A DNA stretch of 64,000 nucleotides, taken from an uncultured Pelagibacteraceae bacterium. GTDB taxonomy: Bacteria > Pseudomonadota > Alphaproteobacteria > Pelagibacterales > Pelagibacteraceae. The notes under the pieces were generated by a model. It did not search any database, was not told the DNA's origin, and worked only from the letters and a program-made list of their open reading frames with translations. Where the stretch lies: assembly GCA_902589315.1 (NCBI GenBank), contig CACISK010000001.1, forward strand, positions 133,504-197,503, written 5' to 3'. Within the stretch, counting starts at the first letter, position 1. Each line of letters begins with the position of its first letter. Made by a program: the position numbers and the translations under genes. This document shows, in pieces, positions 57,041-64,000 of the stretch.

Positions 57041-57722
57041 CAACATCATAAAAATTGGAATTCCAAGTAAAGGTCGTTTACGGTCTGGTGTATTAAATAT
57101 TTTTAAAAAAAAGAAATTAAAAATTCTCTCTGAGAGAGGTGAGAGAGACTTATTTGGATTTATCAAAGGAAAAAAAAATATAGTTATTAATTATCTCCAT
57201 GCTAGAGAGATAATAGAACGTCTTGCAGATGGATCTTTAGATATTGGTTTTTCTGGATATGATTTATTAAAGGAAAGCGAAATTAATATTCAAAAAAAGG
57301 TGATCGTAAAAAAAAAGTATGATTTCGGAAAGGCTACATTGGTAGTTGCAATCCCAGATGATTGGATAGATGTACAGACAATGCCTGATTTAGAAGAAAT
57401 AGCTTTTGAATTTAAAGACAAAAAAAGAAATAGATTGCGTATAGCTACAAAATATCCAAATCTAACTACGGAGTTTATGTTCTCTAGGGGAGTCACGCAA
57501 TTTAAACTAGTAAAGAGTCTTGGTGCTACTGAGATATATCCATTTACCGGATCATCAGAAATTATAACTGATATAACTTCAACAGGAGCAACCTTAAAAG
57601 CTAATAAATTAAGGATATTAAAAGACGGAATAATTCTTAATTCTCAGGCATGCTTACTATTATCGAAGGCATCAAGTAGTAGATCTGGTACAAAGAGTTT
57701 AACTAAAACCCTATCTAATTAA
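57033..57722 (+). CDS. hisG: ATP phosphoribosyltransferase, short form
   Basis: IPSKGRL, RIATKYP, GATE, DITSTGATLKAN. Confidence 0.95.
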   Translation: MSNNIIKIGIPSKGRLRSGVLNIFKKKKLKILSERGERDLFGFIKGKKNIVINYLHAREIIERLADGSLDIGFSGYDLLKESEINIQKKVIVKKKYDFGKATLVVAIPDDWIDVQTMPDLEEIAFEFKDKKRNRLRIATKYPNLTTEFMFSRGVTQFKLVKSLGATEIYPFTGSSEIITDITSTGATLKANKLRILKDGIILNSQACLLLSKASSSRSGTKSLTKTLSN

Positions 57723-57745
57723 TAATGTTAATTTATTAAAATCGA

Positions 57746-58042
57746 TCATCTTGGTCTTGATATATATTTATAAAAATCTATTACATTATTTTGTTCTTTA
57801 CCAAGCTTATCACTAATACTTTTTATATCCTTCTTTATAGCTTTTAATCCCATTTTAAAAGTTTGGCTTGGTTTGGAAGTCGCTTGTTGAACTAGGCCCC
57901 TTGCAATGGTTGTGCACAGTTCTTCTTCAGCAGAATTTAAATTATTTTTATTTTTAATATCAATTACACAATTAAATCCATTTTTACTTGGACTTATTAA
58001 AACTTTAATAGCTTTTTCTTCTTTAATTTCTATTGTTTCCAC
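57746..58042 (-). CDS. Hypothetical protein, phage-like
   Basis: 98-aa ORF. IKVLISP..GFNC...ELCTTIARG...NVIDF resembles small marine-phage proteins from recollection only (not searched). Confidence 0.65.
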   Translation of the reverse strand: METIEIKEEKAIKVLISPSKNGFNCVIDIKNKNNLNSAEEELCTTIARGLVQQATSKPSQTFKMGLKAIKKDIKSISDKLGKEQNNVIDFYKYISRPR

Positions 58043-58349
58043 TTTTCTTTAATTTCTTTTTATTTGACTTTTTCATAATATCTTTCTCAAGTTTACTTAC
58101 AGGCATTTCCCAAATTAGTTGAATGATATTAGACATAATATCTTTCAAAACATCTTTGGAATTTGTAACTATGGTGCCGTTATTCATTAAGAATCTTGTA
58201 TAAGGTTTGTTATTTAATTTAATCATCAAAACATTTTTTTCCTTTTGTCCTTTTCTAGCCCTAACATATACACACCATCTGAAATCATGATTTTCACTTT
58301 GCTTTTCGAAGATTATTTCTAGGTCATCAACAGTTAGTAATTTCCCCAT
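58023..58349 (-). CDS. Hypothetical protein
   Basis: 108-aa ORF overlapping both neighbours. Confidence 0.65.
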   Translation of the reverse strand: MGKLLTVDDLEIIFEKQSENHDFRWCVYVRARKGQKEKNVLMIKLNNKPYTRFLMNNGTIVTNSKDVLKDIMSNIIQLIWEMPVSKLEKDIMKKSNKKKLKKSGNNRN

Positions 58350-58537
58350 TAGTGTACAGTTCCTCTAAATTCTTCATCTAATATAATTTTTTCATTTTTG
58401 TATGTTTTGCAGAAATTACATTTTTCCATTACTTCCTTTCCTAGATGAAATGGACCTATTTGAGCTATATTTTTAATTACTTTTATTTCCCCAATCCCAT
58501 TACATGCTGGACAATTATAATTTTTATTTTTTTTCAT
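58349..58537 (-). CDS. Small DnaJ-type zinc-finger protein
   Basis: CPACNGIG (CxxCxGxG) and CNFC. Confidence 0.7.
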   Translation of the reverse strand: MKKNKNYNCPACNGIGEIKVIKNIAQIGPFHLGKEVMEKCNFCKTYKNEKIILDEEFRGTVH

Positions 58538-58844
58538 TACTTTTCTTCTCTTCTTTCTCCGATTCTTTAAACATTTCGTATCTTGAAATTAAATAATGAG
58601 CATCGATAAGTGCGTGAATTATCAATATAAAAATTCCACCTTTTATGAGAAAAAAATTGCTAGTTATAAGGCCTCCAGCCAAAAATAAACAACCACCATT
58701 TCCTATTACAAATATAGTCTGTCTTGCTGAGTAAGGTATTTTTTCAAATTTTCCAAATAAGTAAAAGACAAAAACACCATAAAAAATCAAAGTTATTTTA
58801 AGGGCTAATTCCATTATTTCAGTTAAGTTTAAAACTTCGATCAA
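58524..58844 (-). CDS. Small membrane protein (~3 TM)
   Basis: Three hydrophobic segments. Start overlaps the herA-like stop. Confidence 0.7.
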   Translation of the reverse strand: MIEVLNLTEIMELALKITLIFYGVFVFYLFGKFEKIPYSARQTIFVIGNGGCLFLAGGLITSNFFLIKGGIFILIIHALIDAHYLISRYEMFKESEKEEKKSNEKK

Positions 58845-60535
58845 TTTGCCCTCCTACTATCTATTTCATTTATATCTGCAAAATCTTTTGCAAACTTTTT
58901 TCTCAGTTTTACAGATTCTTTATCATCCCAATTTTCAACAGTATCAATGAAGTTTTCATTTCCAATATCGTCATTGATTAATTTTTCATCAAACTTTATT
59001 TGAACAGGTAAAGAATAATTTACGATTTGCCCACTGATTATACCTTGGCCATTTGCCAAGTTAGGTAATTGTTTTGCATCATCATTGCTTAAAGTTTCAG
59101 AGTCTCTTGTTGTTGCTCTTTGGTCTCTTTGATTGACAATCCTAAATACAACCTGACTATTACATTGTGAAGCAATTGTTTCGTCTACTCTAGATGGTCT
59201 TTGAGAGATTATCATAACCCCAGTTCCGAATTTTCTACCCTCTGAGATTACTTTTCTAATTGTATCAACGGATGGAATATCATCTTTATTTTCAGATCTT
59301 GAGGGGATGAAATTATGAGCTTCTTCAATTACAGTAAAGAATGGTGCAATTTCTTCGCTTGCCTCTTGTCTGTGCCTGAATAGATTTTCTAATACGATTG
59401 AAACGATTGCACTTGCTGGTAAATTTTCATAACCTCTTAAATATAATATACTCATTTGGCCTTTAGAAATAATTTTTTCTGGTTCAGTAGCTGAGTCTGG
59501 CAATTCTTCAAATTTAAGGTGGCTCATCTTTCTTCTGTGCCTTGCATTTGTTTGTTCCATATTTTCAAGTTTTTTAGATACAATTCTTAAGCTTCTAGCC
59601 ACAACAAACATGGAAGCAGGTTTAACATTTTTGAATGAAGCAGAACCTGATGATGCAAACTCTCTTGCTTTTACATTTAATAATTTAATATATTGAAGAA
59701 GACTTCCACCTTCGTATTTAATTTTTTCTAATAGAGAGTTTAAGAAATCTCTTTGTGGATCCGTTAGTGTATTTCCTAGTTTATCTATTAAAGTATAAAC
59801 TATTTCTTTATCTTCAGCTCTAACGCTTAAATTAGGGTAAAATAATTTAACTTTATTATCTGGAAAATATTTCTTTTGTTTTTGGACGAACCCTAAATAA
59901 TCTCCATGTATATCTAAAACAAAACTTGGATATTTTAAATTTAATAATTCTGTAAGTATTCTTCTAACAAAAACAGTCTTACCAGATCCAGACATTCCCC
60001 ATACCGAGATATGTCGAGATATTAAATTATCCCCGTCAATCTTGATTTCTACGTCTTTTCTAGCAAGCAAATTACCAATTGAGATTGGGTGGGAAGAGTC
60101 TAAATCAGAGATAAATAGCTCCTCTACGTCTTTACTTGAGGGATATTTTACTATTGCAGCAGGCATGACAGGATAATTTAATGGTAAAAGTTTAGAAATT
60201 TTTTCTTTCCCATCCTCTGTGTAGCCTAGGATGATAACTTTACATCTTAACTCATCTTTTGTTGTAGGAAGTATAGTGTCTCTTATATCTATATCTTCGT
60301 TTGTCAGTTCTTGAGCAGCCTCTGCCGGAAAGAATGCATTAAATCTTTCAATACTTGAAATTTTTCCCCAAACAGTAACTGGAATTACGGTGCCATCTGT
60401 AGACGGAAGCCTTGATGCAGTAGTCACTATGTCTCCTTTTTTGGCCTTATAATTTTTTAAACTAAAGTGATACTCATTGATATCAGTTTCACCTAATACA
60501 GTTCCGATTGCTTTCCAATTATTTAATTTACTCAT
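58841..60535 (-). CDS. HerA/FtsK-family (DUF87) ATPase
   Basis: HAS-barrel-like N-terminus, RHISVWGMSGSGKT Walker A, LDIHGDY, VIEEAHNF Walker B, EGRKFG arginine finger, SQRPS. Confidence 0.92.
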   Translation of the reverse strand: MSKLNNWKAIGTVLGETDINEYHFSLKNYKAKKGDIVTTASRLPSTDGTVIPVTVWGKISSIERFNAFFPAEAAQELTNEDIDIRDTILPTTKDELRCKVIILGYTEDGKEKISKLLPLNYPVMPAAIVKYPSSKDVEELFISDLDSSHPISIGNLLARKDVEIKIDGDNLISRHISVWGMSGSGKTVFVRRILTELLNLKYPSFVLDIHGDYLGFVQKQKKYFPDNKVKLFYPNLSVRAEDKEIVYTLIDKLGNTLTDPQRDFLNSLLEKIKYEGGSLLQYIKLLNVKAREFASSGSASFKNVKPASMFVVARSLRIVSKKLENMEQTNARHRRKMSHLKFEELPDSATEPEKIISKGQMSILYLRGYENLPASAIVSIVLENLFRHRQEASEEIAPFFTVIEEAHNFIPSRSENKDDIPSVDTIRKVISEGRKFGTGVMIISQRPSRVDETIASQCNSQVVFRIVNQRDQRATTRDSETLSNDDAKQLPNLANGQGIISGQIVNYSLPVQIKFDEKLINDDIGNENFIDTVENWDDKESVKLRKKFAKDFADINEIDSRRAN

Positions 60536-61839
60536 TTTGATATACCTCCTATTGGTCTATTTTTCCAAGACCTTGATTTTTTTGATAAAATTTTTACTGC
60601 AAGACTAACAGTGTTTTGGTCTTTGTTTTTTATAGCTTGTCTTAATAAATGGGTTGCGTAATATTTTCTTGAAGTTTTACTCATCCAGTTTGGAATTTTT
60701 GCAAATTTATCGACAACATTTAAACCAACTGGAAATCCATAATTAGGTAATAACCTAGAAGTTCCTAAAATATATTCGTAATCTTTGATCAAATATTTTG
60801 GATAATTTAGTGACTCAATTCTTACTGGCGCTTGATTGTCTGATGTTTTTATATAACCGATGAAAACTTTAGGAAAGCTATCCATCTTTTCTTCCCAAGC
60901 CGAACCACTTGTAACCGTAAAGCCTGCAAGTTGTTTCTTTACTTCAAGAGGCTTTAAAGCCTGGCCACTTGATAAAATAATTTCAAGAATATGAGAGTCA
61001 GTAATTTTATATTTTTTAATAGTTTTAATTACTGAATTATAATCTTTATCAGAAATTGTACCTTTGATTTTATAATTAAATAATAAATTTTTAATGTATG
61101 GCGCTGAATTAGATGTTTCAACAATACCATATATTGGGAATTTACTTTTCTTTATATAATTAAGTGCTTCTAAATAAGCATTAATAAAATGTCTAGCCTC
61201 TACACTTGAATTTTTACTTATAAATGGAAACATATTTTCAACAGCAAATTTTGTAAAGGTTGGAAAGCCCGCAACTGTAAATGGCATTACAGTTGCTTCT
61301 AGTGGGCCATGGAGAAAACAGTAATCAAATTTTTTATTTAATAAGATGTGTTTAACAATTGTAGCAGCTTCAAATATAATTCTTGCACCATCTTTCTTTT
61401 TATTGAGCATTTGATCTTCTTCAAAATCATCGTCAACAAAATCATATAGTTCATTTTTTGGATCATATAAGTCGCCTAAGAAAACCATGCTTTCTTCAAA
61501 GAATTCTCTTTTACTGGTTGCGTCTGGTTTAACTATATAGCTTCCAGCTCTTATGCTTAATGGGGCAGAGCTAATTATTGATGTTCTATCAACACCTCCA
61601 TCTATAAAACATGACGTTTTGCAACGATTTATTGACCAAAATTCTTTACCTTTATAATTTAGATCAACAATCAGGTCGGCATCTTTAATAATTTTTAAAG
61701 CTGTTTCAGCAACTTTAGTTGTTACTTCTAAGAAATTATTTTGCACTTTTGGAGATGCAGTTATTGCATTTTTTATAAAGTTTACAAACATTGATGAGTT
61801 TTGTTTAATTTTATCTTTAATATCCACTTTTAATGTCAT
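60532..61839 (-). CDS. NurA-domain nuclease (RNase H-like fold)
   Basis: FIDGG, RIIFE, FLHGPL, GFPVGLNVVDKFAKI. ATGA-coupled to the HerA gene. Start placed at ATG 61839. Confidence 0.8.
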   Translation of the reverse strand: MTLKVDIKDKIKQNSSMFVNFIKNAITASPKVQNNFLEVTTKVAETALKIIKDADLIVDLNYKGKEFWSINRCKTSCFIDGGVDRTSIISSAPLSIRAGSYIVKPDATSKREFFEESMVFLGDLYDPKNELYDFVDDDFEEDQMLNKKKDGARIIFEAATIVKHILLNKKFDYCFLHGPLEATVMPFTVAGFPTFTKFAVENMFPFISKNSSVEARHFINAYLEALNYIKKSKFPIYGIVETSNSAPYIKNLLFNYKIKGTISDKDYNSVIKTIKKYKITDSHILEIILSSGQALKPLEVKKQLAGFTVTSGSAWEEKMDSFPKVFIGYIKTSDNQAPVRIESLNYPKYLIKDYEYILGTSRLLPNYGFPVGLNVVDKFAKIPNWMSKTSRKYYATHLLRQAIKNKDQNTVSLAVKILSKKSRSWKNRPIGGISK

Positions 61840-62201
61840 GCATTTGCTCCACAATAATATTGAATTTTAGTTCCTCTAATATTGGTTCTAATTTTTAATT
61901 TTTTGTTTGAGAAATTGTAAAACTTCTCTTTTAATTTTTTTTTGAAAATGAAGCATGATTTTCTGCTAGAAAAACTTCTAAAATGAATTTTTATACTCTT
62001 TCTGGCTTTGGAAGAGTTGCTGCAGAAAGACACTTGGTTATGAAAGAAATGAATGAAAGGAGAACCAAGTGATCGAGGCGTTACCGCTACTCGACAGCTA
62101 CTCTTACCAAAGCTAGAAAAGTTATGTGAAGATAACCTCCTTTGTTTATGTTTGTTATTAATTTGCATACTACTGAGATATCCGTAATTATTTAAATTCA
62201 A
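61836..62201 (-). CDS. Uncertain Ser/Lys-rich ORF overlapping a structured element
   Basis: 121 open codons and a stop that overlaps the NurA ATG (ATGA), but atypical composition and no recognisable motif. Confidence 0.35.
   Translation of the reverse strand: MNLNNYGYLSSMQINNKHKQRRLSSHNFSSFGKSSCRVAVTPRSLGSPFIHFFHNQVSFCSNSSKARKSIKIHFRSFSSRKSCFIFKKKLKEKFYNFSNKKLKIRTNIRGTKIQYYCGANA
61990..62143. ncRNA. Candidate structured RNA (three-way junction)
   Basis: P1 61999-62022/62095-62119, P2 CACTTGGTT/AACCAAGTG (62031-39/62063-71), P3 TCGAG-GCG-TTAC-CGC-TA-CTCGA (62073-94). Confidence 0.6.
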
Positions 62202-63114
62202 AGTCTTTTTTATTTTTGATTAAAATTTTTTTTAGTTCTGCAAACCTTTTCTCAGATATTTGTCTTACTCTCTCTGATGAAATATTATATTTTTTACCTA
62301 ATTTACTTAGTGATAATTCTTCATTATCATCTAATTCACTTAATTTAGTACAATTTAAAATTTCTTTTTCACGAGGTGGAAGAGTTTTTAAAAATTGATC
62401 TTTTAATTTTTTAAATTTTTCTATATTTAATTCTTTATTTACTTCCGCTTCTATATTTACTTTAATATCAGGAGTTAAGTCCCATTTGTTTTCATTGTCT
62501 TTATCATTTTCTTGATTATTGATTTCTTTATCACCAGACTCTGTTATTGTATTAACAAATTTATCTATTAATCTTACTTCATTAATTTCAATATCTGTTT
62601 CTTTAGAAATAGATTTATAATCATTTTCAGAAAGAAATTGTTTATTCGATTTAAATCTAGGTATTTTTGAGTACACATATCTTGTGCTATCTGAATCAGG
62701 AAGTTTACCACAAATCCTGTTTGTATTTAAAAGTCTTAAATGTGTCTTTAGTTTAAATTTAAGCTGATTACTTGCAAAAACACAAAAGTCAAATTTTTCT
62801 TTATGTTGAAAATTTGTCTTACTATTAATTCCCCACAAGTATTTTTCAGTAGCTTCCCAAACGATCAAATGAGCTGTTGATCTTATGTCTTCTAAAGAAT
62901 CATCAACTATTTTTGAATTTTCACTTTGTCTAATTGAATATCTTTCAGGTCTATATTTATTATTAAATGAAATGATAATATTTTCTAAAACGGTTCTTTC
63001 AGAATTAACTTTATGTTCTAAGTAATGATTGAATAACTCAAGACGTGTAATCTTGGAAAAATTTGTATCAGCAGTTTTTTTGGTGGGCAGCGCACCTGAT
63101 GTAATATTTTTCAT
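62188..63114 (-). CDS. Divergent sigma70-family (RpoH-like) sigma factor
   Basis: Region 4 LPPREKEIL...LSLSKLGKKYNISSERVRQI, region 2-like EDIRSTAHLIVWEATEKY...FCVFA, region 3-like ISKETDIEINEV. Confidence 0.8.
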   Translation of the reverse strand: MKNITSGALPTKKTADTNFSKITRLELFNHYLEHKVNSERTVLENIIISFNNKYRPERYSIRQSENSKIVDDSLEDIRSTAHLIVWEATEKYLWGINSKTNFQHKEKFDFCVFASNQLKFKLKTHLRLLNTNRICGKLPDSDSTRYVYSKIPRFKSNKQFLSENDYKSISKETDIEINEVRLIDKFVNTITESGDKEINNQENDKDNENKWDLTPDIKVNIEAEVNKELNIEKFKKLKDQFLKTLPPREKEILNCTKLSELDDNEELSLSKLGKKYNISSERVRQISEKRFAELKKILIKNKKDFEFK

Positions 63115-63190
63115 ACTAGTGCTGCCTAGAGAAATTTAAACAGTAAACTGGTTAAATTTCAATAACGATAAGATTTAACTAATCGTTATT
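63084..63190. promoter_or_regulatory. Three tandem inverted repeats at the 5' end of the sigma gene
   Basis: TGGGCAGCGC/GTGCTGCCTA, GAAATTTAA/TTAAATTTC and AATAACGAT/ATCGTTATT. Confidence 0.5.
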
Positions 63191-63224
63191 ATATAGATAT
63201 ACGTGATTTTTTATTCTTCAAGCT

Positions 63225-63998
63225 TTAAGAGGCTTTTTTATCTGTTATTGCTGTAAATTTGTAAAAATGACTGTATTTATTGACCTTTTTATCCCATTTT
63301 TTTGCAATTTGGGCAGAAATTCTGTTCTTTTGTCTGATTATTTTTCTATTACTAGTTGTCTTTTTTTTCGTATCAAGGATGTTTAGTCCTTCTGACACTT
63401 CAAAAAGATTGAGATTTTTGTCTCTAACAAATTCTTCAAATGTATCTCTTTCTATATCGAATTCCTCAAAAAAGAAAAAAATATATCTATCATGTAATTC
63501 ACGCCACGCATCTTTATTTTTTATCATTATACGCGTTTTACTTTCATTAAGTGGTTTAAAAAATTCCTTTAAATCTCTTTTTAGGAATTCTTCTCCTTTA
63601 TTTTCAATTTTTTTCTCACAGTTTTCAATTTCAATATACTTATTAAATGGTTTTTTATTCTTCTTAGCATCAGATTGAAATTTTTTTAGTATTTCTAATT
63701 TTTCAATAAATTCTGATATTTCTGCAGGTTTTTGAAATTTAATTTTGTTTTTGTATTTTTCAATTATCTTTTGATTAATACCATTTATAAAAATTGAATT
63801 AATTTTATTATATTTCATTAGTGAATTATAGAATTCTAAACTTACTCTCCACTGCTCTAATTGTATTGCAATATTGTCTGCAACACATGCTGGCACATGT
63901 CTATCAACGAAAATTATAGATTTAGAAAATTTCAATAACTGATTAAATTTTTTATTTAAATCTTCTTTACCATTATCATTAGTCCAATCATCTTCAGT
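63225..63998 (-). CDS. PLD-like (MIT_C-type HDR-motif) domain protein, 5' end beyond window
   Basis: Frame stays open to the window edge (TEDDWTNDNGKEDLNKKFNQLLKFSKSIIFVDRH). Motifs IIFVDRH, LHDRYIF and SEGLN match the I-D-P-Y / HDR-I / G-G-L-D pattern. Confidence 0.6.
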   Translation of the reverse strand, partial: TEDDWTNDNGKEDLNKKFNQLLKFSKSIIFVDRHVPACVADNIAIQLEQWRVSLEFYNSLMKYNKINSIFINGINQKIIEKYKNKIKFQKPAEISEFIEKLEILKKFQSDAKKNKKPFNKYIEIENCEKKIENKGEEFLKRDLKEFFKPLNESKTRIMIKNKDAWRELHDRYIFFFFEEFDIERDTFEEFVRDKNLNLFEVSEGLNILDTKKKTTSNRKIIRQKNRISAQIAKKWDKKVNKYSHFYKFTAITDKKAS

Positions 63999-64000
63999 TT

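Larger units (their letters stand above)
57746..64000 (-). other. Accessory island (defence/phage-like), continues beyond window
   Basis: Abrupt switch after hisG to co-oriented non-core genes (HerA, NurA, divergent sigma, PLD-like protein, small ORFs). No integrase seen in the window. Confidence 0.7.

Noticed and set aside
57700-57760. att site or direct repeat at the island's left boundary
   Set aside because: No tRNA fragment, duplication or integrase seen. Only a weak A/T-only palindrome is present.
62073-62094. Bulged GNRA hairpin as group II intron domain V
   Set aside because: Too short, no catalytic AGC/CGC triad in the right place, bulge on the wrong side, and no intron-encoded RT.
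61990-62143. Retron msr-msd or CRISPR/tracr interpretation of the structured element
   Set aside because: No reverse transcriptase, cas gene or repeat-spacer array in the window. Partners beyond base 64000 cannot be excluded.

Overview
Very AT-rich, densely packed alphaproteobacterial chromosome segment whose gene content and order point to SAR11/Pelagibacterales. This assignment is inferred and not database-checked. Positions 1-57722 are mostly core genes: a TAXI-TRAP transporter, aceEF, gltDB, thrS-infC-rpmI-rplT-pheST-lepA, gyrB, regB, cobST, aroKB, def-fmt-truA, dapDE, argB, yidC-yidD-rnpA-rpmH, dcd-murA-hisD-infA, a cold-shock gene and hisS-hisZ-hisG. Five tRNAs (Arg, Ser, Thr, Phe, His) are present, and Thr and Phe break near-universal tRNA features. 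From about 57746 to the window end is a minus-strand accessory island. In transcription order it holds a PLD-like (HDR-motif) protein, three tandem hairpins, a divergent RpoH-like sigma factor lacking the region-2.3 tryptophans, a ~140-nt three-way-junction structured element overlapped by an odd ORF, a NurA nuclease with an apparent D/H active-site swap, a HerA ATPase, a small membrane protein and three small phage-like genes. This island is the best candidate for an undescribed system. A second notable find is an unannotated His-rich leader peptide with an overlapping hairpin in front of tRNA-His-hisS-hisZ-hisG.
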